Of a stretch of DNA of 64,000 nt, positions 27,756-38,892 are shown piece after piece. Within the stretch, counting starts at the first letter, position 1. Each line of letters opens with the position of its first letter. Position numbers and translations under genes: made by a program. This DNA is from Chthoniobacterales bacterium (GTDB lineage Bacteria > Verrucomicrobiota > Verrucomicrobiia > Chthoniobacterales > Chthoniobacteraceae), in the NCBI GenBank assembly GCA_038207335.1, contig JBBQZX010000028.1, positions 15,149-79,148 on the forward strand, written 5' to 3'. The notes below the pieces were generated by a model that had not been told where the DNA came from, did no database searches, and was given only the letters and a program-made list of their open reading frames with translations.

Positions 27756-27792
27756 GGAGTGCGGTGGCAGAGCAAAGCGCCGACTCCGCTTT
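27754..27792. repeat. REP-like palindromic half element
   Basis: ttggagtgcggtggcagagcaaagcgccgactccgcttt resembles TTGGAGTGCGG...CCGCTTT intergenic repeats recalled from PVC genomes; the partner arm is degenerate. Confidence 0.45.
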
Positions 27793-28049
27793 GACAGGAG
27801 CGGGGCAACGCGGCAGGAAATTACTCAAATTCGAACTCCGAAGGCACCAACGCATAAGCGGAGAGGAAGGACGCCGGCGCAAGAGCGGTGCCTTGCCCAA
27901 GCGAGCGGTTCGTCTCAACGCCCACCCGCGTTTCTGCCAATCGCCTCAACTCTGCCGGACGACGAAAAGCGAGCGCACAGAGAACAGGAAGCGTTGCAAC
28001 TGGCGAAAGAGGGGGTGCCTTGGCTGGGCTTCTTCTACCCCCGGTTTTC

Positions 28050-28259
28050 CTAATTTCCTATCGGATATGTCACCGCCGGCGGCCAATCGGCGGTGTAGAG
28101 TGAAAAGCCGCCGTTGAACTCATCTGGCACTTTTTCCGCAGCACCAAAAAGATAGCCTACCTCTCGCACTCCTAGATATCGGCGGACTTGAGATCGCCGG
28201 CGGCCGAAGCCGGAAGCAACACGGCGAGGGAGATGGAGAGGAGTGGGGAATTTCATCAC
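28050..28259 (-). pseudogene. Remnant of a larger hypothetical gene
   Basis: A protein-like stretch GYLFGAAEKVPDEFNGGFSLYTADWP inside an otherwise implausible short ORF. Confidence 0.4.
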
Positions 28260-28446
28260 TTCGTCTTCATTTCCTCGACGGATTGTATTGCCAAACGAAC
28301 CTATTCGGATCTAAATAAATTCTTCCCATTCAGGTCCCCACGGTCTGGAAAGCCCGCGGGGTGGTTCACCCGGCAATCCCATTCCCCTCCCCAAACCGCT
28401 TATGAAAAGCCATCGCGCTCCCTCCTGCCCTTTTTTCTCCTCTCCT

Positions 28447-31400
28447 ATGGCCCGGATCCCCCGTAATACTCGCTCCCCGCGTGGGCTCCTTTCATTCGCG
28501 GCTCTCGCGTTGGCGGGCCTCTCCCTCAGCGCCTCCGCGGCCACGTGGATTGGCGGCGATAATTTTTGGAGCAACCCGGCGAATTGGAGTCCGACAGGCG
28601 AGCCCACGCTCGCGGATGACGCGCTTTTCGGCACGCCCGTCCCGCTGACCGGGGACGCGATCACGCTGAGCGCCGGTGAGACGGCGTTTTCGCTCACGTT
28701 CCGCGACTTTTACTCCCTCACCGGCGGCTCGCTCGCGCTCGGCGGCACCGGCAGGGTGACGATCGCGCCGAGTATTTCGGTGCGAATTCGCTCTTCGCTC
28801 ATCGGCAGCAATGGCTTGACGCTCGCGGCTTCCAATGGCCTCGGCGGCGCCGACGCACAGGCGGGAGGCGGGACGCTGACGCTGACCGGCACGAACACCT
28901 ATACGGGCGGCACGACCATTGCCGCGGGCACGCTCCGCTTTGGCCGGGACGCATCGCTCGGCGCGGCGGGCACTGGCATCACGCTCTCCGGCGGCACGCT
29001 CTCAGGCGCGTATTCGTATCTCGGGGCGCGGACGGTGACGGTGACGGGCACGGCTTCCAAGATCGACATCGCGCGCAACGGGACGACGACCTACAGCACC
29101 TTCGACGCGAACTTTGCCGGCGCGGCGGGGACGAAGCTGACGAAGACCGGGATCGGCAATCTTTTCCTGCGCTCGGCGAGCAGCTTCGCGGGCGATTTTG
29201 AGATCGATTTCAACGCGGGCTGGGCCGGGCAATCCATCCCCGCGAATTTCGCCGGGACCCAACTGCGCGACAACGGCTCCCTCGCCAATATCTCCAGCCT
29301 GACGATCGGCCAATCCTCGACGCTGAGCCTCGAAAACGACCAGGGCCTCGCCACCGCGGGGGTGAACCGGATCAACGACAGCGCCCCGGTTTTTCTAAAG
29401 GGCGGGACGCTGCATTTTCACACGAAGGCCGCGCTGGTGAACGATGAGACGATCGGCGCGACGACGCTCGTCTCGGGGATGTCCTCGCTGGTGACCCAAT
29501 CGCAAAACGCAGGGTCTGCCGCCCGCTTGTTCGTGACTTGGAAATCTCGCCCGGAACACGGGCGCGACGCTCGTTTTGCAGGGCTATCAACTCGGCGGGA
29601 CCGCGGGTGACAACGGGCGCATTTTCATCAACGACAATGCGACCTTGACCGGTCCGGGGCCGACATTGACCAACGGCCTCATCGGCGGCTGGGCGCTGGC
29701 TTACAACGCTATCACCGCAGGCCCCGGCGGCATCGACTTTGCGACCTACAAAACCGGTCAGGGCGTCGGCAACCTCGGCAATACCGCGGCCAATTTCGGA
29801 TTCGTCGGCTATTCCGGCAACGCGCTGACTGCCGGCACGGCGGTCGATAACATTCGGACGACCGCCACGGTGGGCGGCGTAACGACGCGGACAATCAATT
29901 CGTTCACGATCGGCGGCGCTGCGACGATCACGCTCAACTCCGCCTCCGACGTGCTGACCATCGGCACCGGCGGCCTCCTGAATCAAAATGTCGCGAGCAC
30001 GCTCACCGGCGGCGATGTCACCTCGGGCGGGAACGAATTGTTTGTGCATAACGCGGGGGCGACCATTTTCACGCTGAACTCGCGCATCACCGGAGCGGGC
30101 GTGGCCCTGGTGAAGGATTTGAATGGAACGCTCGCGCTCAATGGCACGGTGGACAACACGTATGGCGGCGGCACTTACATCAACAATCCCTCCATCGCCA
30201 CGACTGTCAGCAATGCCACGACCGTCACCGTCGGCACCGGCTCGACGGTGACCACGGGCACGGCGGATGGCCTGAGGTACCTCGGCACCGGCGCGGTGAC
30301 GGTCGATCAGGCGTTCCTGACGCTCGGTGGCATCGGCGCGACCTCTTTCTCCGGCACCCTCGCGCTGCCGACCTACACGGCGCTGAATATGGCGCAAATC
30401 ACCATCCCCGGAACGAAGACGTTCGCGACGACGGAAGTCTTCAGCATCGGCGCGGGCAGCATCATCGCGGGCGGCGCATTTGCTTTCGGGCAGGGTTTGA
30501 ACAGCCTCACGCGCGGGACCAATGTGGTCCTCAATGCGGATGCGATTTTGGCGCACGTGGCCTTCCCGAATGGCTCGCTCGGCGTCGGCTCGGATACGAT
30601 CCAAAATCTCGGAACCAATGCCGATTTGTATTATGGATTGAACGCGAACCAGAACGCAGGCGCGAACGCGGCGATCACGGTCGGCGCGGGGACGCCGTGG
30701 AAAGGCATCAGCTCGGATCGCAGCAATCGCGACTTCCAGCAGGGGACGATCACGGCAAATGGCGACTTTTACCTCCAGGGGCTGATGGTGCCCGCGGCGA
30801 ATGCAACGCTGACGCTTGGCGGCACGGGCGGCGGCACTTACAGCATCGTCAATGCGACGGCGGGCAACGTGCCGATTCGCGCCTTTGTCATCGGCAATGT
30901 GACGTTGAACGAAAACTCTGCGGTGACGATGCCGGGGAATTTGACCTTTGTTGCGACTCCCGGCGCGACGCTGCTCCTCGCACAGCAAAACTCGCTCGGC
31001 TCGAATGTGGACCCGGCGCTTAATGCGAAACTACTGCTACAGGCTGGCAGCACCTTGAACCTTGCAGGAGCAAACGGAGTCAACTATCTCAATAGTAATG
31101 GCACCTTTGAGGAAGGTGCGCGATTCCTCGCGGATGACAATCTGACGAATACTCTCGCCGGAACCGGCACGATGACCTTCCTGCCGGGGTCGATCATCGA
31201 CATCACCCAGCAAGGTGGAATTACCGGCAACCAGCCGATCGTCACGTCGCCCGGCACGATTGTCCGCTTTAATACAAGCAGCGTCACCGGCATCAGCACG
31301 CGCGTCGGCTCGGATGCGGTCTTCGAGATCACCTCGGGCAACCGCACGCTCACCAGCCAGGCGACGCCGGAAAACCTCACGATCAGCGGCGGCGTCCTGA

Positions 31401-34400
31401 CCAATGGCGGCCTCGGCAATACGACCCCGACGAGCTACAATGCCGACGGGGGCAACGGGAAACTGATCATCGGCGCAGGCGGCGCGATCTTTGCCGCCAC
31501 CACGAATACGACATTCAACGTCAATGAGGACTTCGATCTTCAAGGCAACACCCTGACCATCGGCTCGCTCGACTTCTATGACGGGAATCCAAAGCTGGGA
31601 ATCGTGGCGCTCGGCAACGGCGGCAACACGGCGGCGATCGGCAGTTTGATCAATGTCCTGCCCGGCTTCCAGCTCATTGCAAACGCGCAAAACGTGCTGC
31701 CTGATCTCGCGCGGCTCAATCTCGGCGCGGGATCGACGCTCGTCCTCTCGCAAAACGACTTCATCGAGACGCTCGGCGCGATCACCGGCACCGGCACGGT
31801 TCTCACGACGCAGAACGGCACGATTCCGGGCACTAATCTCCGCGTCGGCGCGGCCAATACCAGCTTTAGCTTCGACGGCAGCTTCTCCAACACGTCCGGT
31901 GGGAATCCGCATCTCACCAAGATGGGCACCGGCACGATGGACCTCACCGGCGTGAGCACCTCGACCGGGAAAGTGGACATCGACGCGGGTGTCGTCCGGC
32001 TGCGCGACGGCGCGCAGACAGTGTTCGCGACTTATAACGTCAACCGCGGAGGCACCCTCACTCTCGACAACGCCGTCGGCGCTCCCCTCGACAATCGTCT
32101 TGGCGGCAGCGGCAAATTCATCTCCGTTGCGGGCGGCACTGTGAATCTCATCGGCAGCCCGTCGGCTCCCGTCACCGAGGCAATTGGAGCCTTCAGCGTC
32201 TCCGCGGGCGGTCAGGGCATAGTGGATATCGTGCCCGGCGCAGGCGGTGCGACCACTCTCAGCACTCCGACCCTGAACGTGCGCAGCATCAGCACCTTCC
32301 TCCTGCGGGGCGAGAAACTCGGAGCGGCCCCCGGCGCGGGGGTAGCGACATTCACCGCAGTGACGCCGAGCCTTTACGGCACCCTCGTTCCGAACGACAA
32401 CACGTCCAGCACGCAGGCGCTCCGCCCGGACATCCTCAGCGACAAGCCGACCGCCGGCGGCACCAGCGCCACCCTCAGTTTCGTCACTCAGGACAATGTG
32501 ACGAACGGTTTCCGCATGCTCACCGCCGCGGAATACTCAAACTCGATTGCATCCTACAACAACACGAACTTCAACGTCGCGCTGTCGGCTCCTATCATCA
32601 TCCCGCAGACTTCGACGCTCACGACGGTGGTCGATACGCAGATTCAAAGCCTCGTGTTCAACAGCGGCAGCAGCAACCTGGCCAACAACGCCGGGGTAAC
32701 GACGACCAACGCGGGTGCACGGCTCGTCATCAAGAGCGGCGGCGTCCTCGTCCAAAGCGGCGTGAATTCCACGATCACCAGCCCGTTCATTGACCAGGGA
32801 AACCCCTATTACTTTCACACCTACGGAAACCTCACAGTGAATGCCTCGCTGCTCGGCGCGAATGGCTTCGTGAAGACCGGCCCTGGCACCCTCACCCTCG
32901 GCGACGGTGCGCTTCCTTACATGACGAGTGCCAACGCCGGGATGTTCCTCAGCATCAACGAAGGCGCGGTGAAACTCGGCGCGAACAACAGCTTCGGAAC
33001 CGCCATCGGCACGACTGTCAACGCACCCGACTTCTACCTCGCCGGGGGCAGCATCGACATCAATGGCAACAGCCAGACCTTCCGCGTTTTCACGAGTGAG
33101 AATAACTCCAACTCAAACCTCCTGCCGGGCACGGGTGGCAATCTGACCAACAGCGGCGCGCCAGCCACCCTCACTGTTTTCAGCAACAGTGGCGGCAATG
33201 GAAATATCATCAACGTCACGAACAACCTCTTCACCGGAACCTTGAGCGGACCCATCGACTTCTTGAAGGCTGGGACAAGTGTGCAAGGCTTCAATAACCT
33301 GAGTACCTTCGCCGGTACGCTGACGCTGCGCGGCGGCAGCCTTCAGTTGCGCGACAGCGGCAAGTTCACCGGGGTTACTTCGCTCTCGGCGAGTTACTCC
33401 ACGCTCTATCTCGACAACCAATATAGCCTTAGCAACGTGGCCAATCGTGTCCCGGCGAATCTCGGTGCCACGATGCGCGGCTCGGGCATCGAACTGCGCG
33501 GGATGCAGGGCGAGAACTCCATCCAGAGTCTGGGAACGGTAACACTGCTGGAAGGCTCGAACCTCCTCAGTTCGCAGGCCCAAGGCAATAGCTCGACCGA
33601 CCTTATCATCGCCAACCTCGTCCGTTCGGCATCCGACACCATCGGCGTGCGTTTCAATGGCAGCAATCTCGGACGCCTCGCGCCCGCCGGGACGATGCAA
33701 CAGGATTCGCGCGTCATCTTCACGCAGTTCAATGGCAGCGTGACTCCCGAGGGCTTCCTTGGCGGCTGGGCGACGGTGAATGATTCCGACTTCGCCGCCT
33801 ACAAGACTCCGCCTGCGGTGACTCCAACCAATGCCACCTCCGCCGCCGGCGTGAGTAATGTGGGCAATACCGGCCTCGGCTATCCCGCTTATACGGTTGG
33901 TACCGCGACCAACTTCGCGACGGGGCTCATCATTGACGTGACCGCGGACACGACGTTATCCGCCGGCGACAAGACGGTGGGCGCGCTCCGGCTCAGCGGT
34001 GGTGCTACACGGCAGCTCTTCTTCACCGGTGGCACCGACCTCATCAATATCGAGAGCGGCGGCTTGTTGCGCAGCAACAACAATAACACCACGAACATTG
34101 GCACAGCCGCGATTCGCGGACGAATCACCGCGGGCGGCCTGCAGAGCACCGGCACGGCAAATCTCTTTCTTCACGTAAACCAAGGCACGGCCAACACCAT
34201 CAACTCGGCGATCGTCAACAATCCCAATGGCGCTGCGGTGGCGCTGATCAAGGATTTGGGCGCCCAGGTCGATTTGACCGGGGCGAATACCTACACCGGC
34301 GGCACTTTCGTCAATGGCGGCACCTTGCGCCTCAACACACCAAGTGCAGACGGAACGAACACCTTCGCAATCCCTGGCGCGCTGACGATCAACAACTCGA

Positions 34401-37381
34401 TCGTGACCCTCGCCACCGGAGGGCAGATTAAGAATAACATCCCGCTCACGATCAACGGCGGCGGCACCCTCAATCTCTCGAACACCGCGGGCGATAACCT
34501 GGCACTCACCGGACTGATCTTTGGCAACAGCGGCGGCGGCACCCCGCAGATCACCGCTCCTTCCGCCACTACCGCCGGGACGGTGACGAAAGTAACGCTC
34601 GCGGGCAACATTACCTCGGTGAATGACAACCCCGCCGCGACGCCGACCATCCAGGGGACGATCGCCAACACGCAAATCCAGCTCGACTTCGTCGATAACA
34701 CGACGACGCGCACGATCGATGTCTCGGGCCTCTCGCCCATCGGACTCGTCATCAATGCACCCATCCTCAATGGCAAGCTGCTCAAGACCGGATCTGGAAT
34801 GCTCTTGCTGAATCAGCCGAGCGGCACGGGAGCCGTCACCAGCAGTTACTCCGGCGGCTTGCAGATCGATGCCGGCGTTGTCCGCATCGATAACATCGGC
34901 GCGCTCAGCACGAATCCGAATGCCGTCCTCATCGGCACCGGTGCGGCGCTGCTGATGAACTCCACAACAGCCGTGCCTTCTACCGTGACGCTCGCGCTCA
35001 ACTCCGGCTCGCTGCTCGCGATGAACAGCATGACCTTCAATGGCGCGGTGAGCATCGCCGGGAGCTCCACGATTTCTCTCAGCGACTACAACGTCGCCAG
35101 CACTGCACGCAGCGTCACGCTCAACGGCCAGGCCACCGGCAACGGCTCGATCAATGTCCCGGCGAGCCCCGTCAGCGGACAAAACGGCACGTTGCTCCTG
35201 ACCAACAACACGAACAGCCTCTCCGGTGCGATCACCCTCCAGCGCAATGCCATCCTGACTTCGCAAAGCACCACCGGCGACGGCAACACCCTGGGCACCG
35301 CGTCGATCGCGATGCTCGGCGGCACCCTGAACCTGCGCGACAACGGTACGGCGAGCAACATCACGCTCCCCGCCTACGGCAACAACCTCGCCGTCAGCGG
35401 CAACTCCGTCCTGAACGTCAACCGCGTCAACGGCGCCAACATCAGCAACATTTACGCGCTCGGCACCCTCGGCCTCAACAACGCCGCGCTCACCGTCTCC
35501 GGCGGCAGCGGCTACACTGTCGCCTTCGGCACGACCACCCTCACCGGCACGGCGACCATCAACAACTCCGTCCCCGTCAGCCTCCCTGCAGTGACCGGCA
35601 CCGGCAACCTCGTCAAGAGCGACACCGCCACCCTCAATGTCACCGCTCCATCCTCCGCCTTCACCGGTGGCACGACGGTCACCGCCGGAACCCTGCGCGT
35701 CGCACCGAGCGGCGGCGGTGCCGGCCTCGGCACGGGCGCGCTCGTCATCGCTGGCGGCGCGACGCTGCAATCCGACCCGACCACCGGCATCGTCTCCTAC
35801 AATCCCTCCTCGATCCTGAACGACGGAATCTTGCAGGTGAAAAGCGGCATCACCAACCTCGGTTCCGCCTTCATCAATGCGACACCGGCTCTGACGGGCT
35901 CCCAGCCGTTCTCCGCGTTCACCGAATTATTCTCCAAGCCCTCCGACGTCGGCGTCGCGAACTTCGACTCGGCCGCCACGGGCGATCCCTTCATCACGCT
36001 CGAAAACAGCAACACGTTCCTCACTCCGAACCCTGGCCCCGGCTTCGCTGGCCCCGGAGTCTCCGGCGGAGTTCCGCTGAACTTCAACCAGGACAACTTC
36101 ATCACTCGCTCGTCGAATTACTTCCCCGGCACGACCGAGCAGGCCGCCGCCTACCGGGGCACGATCACGATCGGCGGGAGCGTGCCCGCGGGGCCGGTCA
36201 GCTTCGGCACCGCCAGCGACGACGGCAGCACTCTTTACGTGGATCTCAATGGCGACCACGTCTTCACCAGCAATGAGCGTGTCGTCAGCAACTTCGGCCC
36301 CCACGCCGTCGTGCAGCAGACTGGCACTGTCAACCTTGCCGCCGGCACATACGACATCGCCGTCGCCATGTATCAGGGAGGCGGGGGTGGCAGCATTCAG
36401 GCGACCTTCAATGTGGGGTCGAACATCCCTTTCGGTGGCCAATACACCATCACCCCGGGAGGCTCGCTCGGCTCGCTCTCGCGGATTCAGATCGATGCCA
36501 ACTCGCAACTCATCGCCGGGGGCTTCAGTACCGGAACGCTCGCATTGAACTCCAACGCGATCCTCACCCTTCCCGACGCCGGAAGCGCCGTCGCGAGTTC
36601 CGCCACCACCCTTAGCGCCACCTCGGGCGTGACCGTGAGCCTCGGCGCAAACCACAACCTCGTCGTGGAATCCCTGAGCGCCGCGATCAGTGGCACGCTC
36701 GTCAAGGAAGGCGCGGGCACGCTGACCGTCTCGAACAGTTTCCAGTTCAATGCCGGGCGGCAGCTTCGCATCGACGAGGGGACAGTCCTCATCAATGGCA
36801 CCGCGAGCCCCGGTTCTACCGGCACCTTCCTCGTCAACTCCGGCGGCACCCTCGGCGGCACCGGCGACCTCGGCGGCGCGATCGTCACGGTCAATTCCGG
36901 CGGCAGCCTCTCCCCCGGCAACGGCTCCGGCACCCTCGCCATCGCCGGAGATGTCACCTTGAACGCGGGCGCCAAATACGTCGCTGAACTCGGCGGCAGC
37001 ACGCCCGGCGACGGCACCGGCTTCTACGACCAGACCCTCGTCGGCGGGACCCTTTTGTTCGACCAGGCCGAGCTCAAAATCTCCAACTTCGGCAGCTACA
37101 CCCCGAGTTTTGGCAGCGTTTTTTACATCCTCGTCGCCAATGGCGGCAGCTTCGGCCAGTTCGCCGGTCTCGGCGAAGGTGCGACCTTTACCAGCACCGA
37201 TGGCTCGCTCACCGGACTCATCACCTACCAGGCAAACTGGGCTGGCGACCAGAGCATGAGCTCGATCACCGGCGGCAACGACGTCGCGCTCTACCAAGTC
37301 GTACCTGAGCCGAACATCGCCGCGCTCCTATTCACCGGCCTCGTCGGAGTTCTCGCCCGCCGCCGTCGCCGGGTTGCCTGA
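28447..37381 (+). pseudogene. Giant (about 2,980 aa) PEP-CTERM surface protein with autotransporter-associated beta-strand repeats and a PA14-like domain; frameshifted near 29530-29538
   Basis: Signal peptide from 28447; NTYTGGT and K.G.G.L.L repeats. Frame 1 turns to nonsense after ARL while frame 2 resumes LGNLARNTGATLVL. SDDGS motif at about 36215; C-terminal VPEP-TM-RRRRR. Confidence 0.85.
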
Positions 37382-37429
37382 GAAATCGCCGCGCGGTGAG
37401 CGGTGGATTACGGGAGGAGGCGAGTGGAC

Positions 37430-37690
37430 GATGAGTTTTGAATTTTTGTCTGTTCTCGGGCGATTGTCGGCGATGGGCGGAGGGGCGGGAATGATGCCTT
37501 TTGCGCTATCGATAATGCTTTTTGGTTAGATGACAGTGCTCGGAGCACTATCGATGAACGGAATCTTGTAGTTGATTGTGCTTTTTGGATCATTCCCGAC
37601 AAACGTCTCTTTGAGGAGGGTGGTCGGAGGAGTGGAGATGTGGCTTTTTGATCTCTCCGAGAGGCGCTGGTGGCGGATATGCGCGATTTT
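37430..37690. repeat. Highly degenerate 21-bp periodic array
   Basis: Related T-tract words start at 37432, 37495, 37516, 37579 and 37642 (all multiples of 21 apart); c(g/a)ctatcgat at 37504 and 37546 (42 apart). Confidence 0.65.
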
Positions 37691-37822
37691 AACCAGGGCA
37701 GTAAGCGTGACGAAGGGCGAAGGGCGGGTGGTCTTGGCCGGTTGATTGCGGAGCAAAATTCGGCGTCACCGAAAGTTGATCCGCCCGCTTGCGCCGTTGC
37801 CCAGAGCGCTTCGCAACCTTTG

Positions 37823-37838
37823 AATGTCAGTGGACATT
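37823..37838. promoter_or_regulatory. Candidate operator upstream of the PEP-CTERM gene
   Basis: Perfect IR AATGTC-N4-GACATT, 11 bp upstream of TTGACA (37850-37855). Confidence 0.4.
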
Positions 37839-37922
37839 GAAATGAGGCATTGACACCGCCTTTTCTATGGCTCCAATCCCGTCCCTCAGTTGCTGCCTCA
37901 CCATCCTGTCCGAACCTCCTCT

Positions 37923-38708
37923 ATGAATAAATCTCTCCTCCTCGGTCTCTGCGCGGCGACCGCCCTCTCGGCCACTCTCGCGACTTCGCACGCCTCGCTG
38001 CTGGCTTACGATCCTTTCCTCTATCCCGACGCGGACTCACTCACGGGGAAGAATGGCGGCACGGGCTTCAGCGGCGCTTACTTAGTGAGCGGCAGCGGTC
38101 TGACGATCTCCAGCCCCGGCTACACTTACACGGATTCCAATGGCGTCTCGCTGCCAGTCGCGGGCAACCGGATCACTCTCCCCGGCGGCAATGGAGGCGA
38201 ATTCCGCCTCCTGACCGACTCGCCGGATGCCGTGGGCACGACGCTGTATCTGAGCTTTTTCATGCAGTTTTCCGGTACGACCAGCTACGGCGGAGTGTCG
38301 CTGTTTGAGAATGCGGCGGAGAATCTTTTCCTCGGCCATCCGAGTGCTCAGCCGAACTTTGGAATCGACACGAAAAACTCTTTGGTGGTGAGCAGTGCCT
38401 CGCCGGCCACGACGCTTTCGCTTTTGGTCTATCGCGTCGATTTTCTAGCCTCCTCTGCGAATATTCGCCTCTATGTCAACCCAACGCTAGGTCTCGAGCC
38501 TGTGACGGCTTCGGCGTCGGTGACGAAACCAGCGGCGTTTACTTACGATCGTATCCGCATCCAATCCAACGACGTGGGCACTGTGGACGAACTGCGTATC
38601 GGCACGACGTACGCGGATGTGGCACCCGTGCCGGAGCCCTCCTCACTGGCGCTCGGGGCACTCAGCGGCGTGGGGATCCTGGGCATGCTGCGGCGTCGGC
38701 GTCGCTGA
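37923..38708 (+). CDS. PEP-CTERM sorting domain protein
   Basis: Signal peptide (..SHA); C-terminal DELRIGTTYADVAPVPEPSS-TM-RRRRR. Confidence 0.92.
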   Translation: MNKSLLLGLCAATALSATLATSHASLLAYDPFLYPDADSLTGKNGGTGFSGAYLVSGSGLTISSPGYTYTDSNGVSLPVAGNRITLPGGNGGEFRLLTDSPDAVGTTLYLSFFMQFSGTTSYGGVSLFENAAENLFLGHPSAQPNFGIDTKNSLVVSSASPATTLSLLVYRVDFLASSANIRLYVNPTLGLEPVTASASVTKPAAFTYDRIRIQSNDVGTVDELRIGTTYADVAPVPEPSSLALGALSGVGILGMLRRRRR

Positions 38709-38892
38709 AGAGGAGCCAGAGGGCTAGGGAAATCGCTCCGCAAATTTCCTGACAGCGACTTGTGCTGCGGCGCCCGGCGTGACGGGCAGCATTGGCGGAT
38801 GGACGGGCGTCAGGAATGATTTTCGAGGCAAAAATGGCGCGGGATCACGGTTTGGATTTGCGTTGAGAGGGGGTGCGGGGTGACAGATAGGG

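Noticed and set aside
29520..29580. Programmed frameshift or phase variation in the giant gene
   Set aside because: No slippery heptamer, homopolymer or short-repeat tract at the junction.
28447..37381. Type V autotransporter
   Set aside because: It ends in a PEP-CTERM signal, not a beta-barrel.
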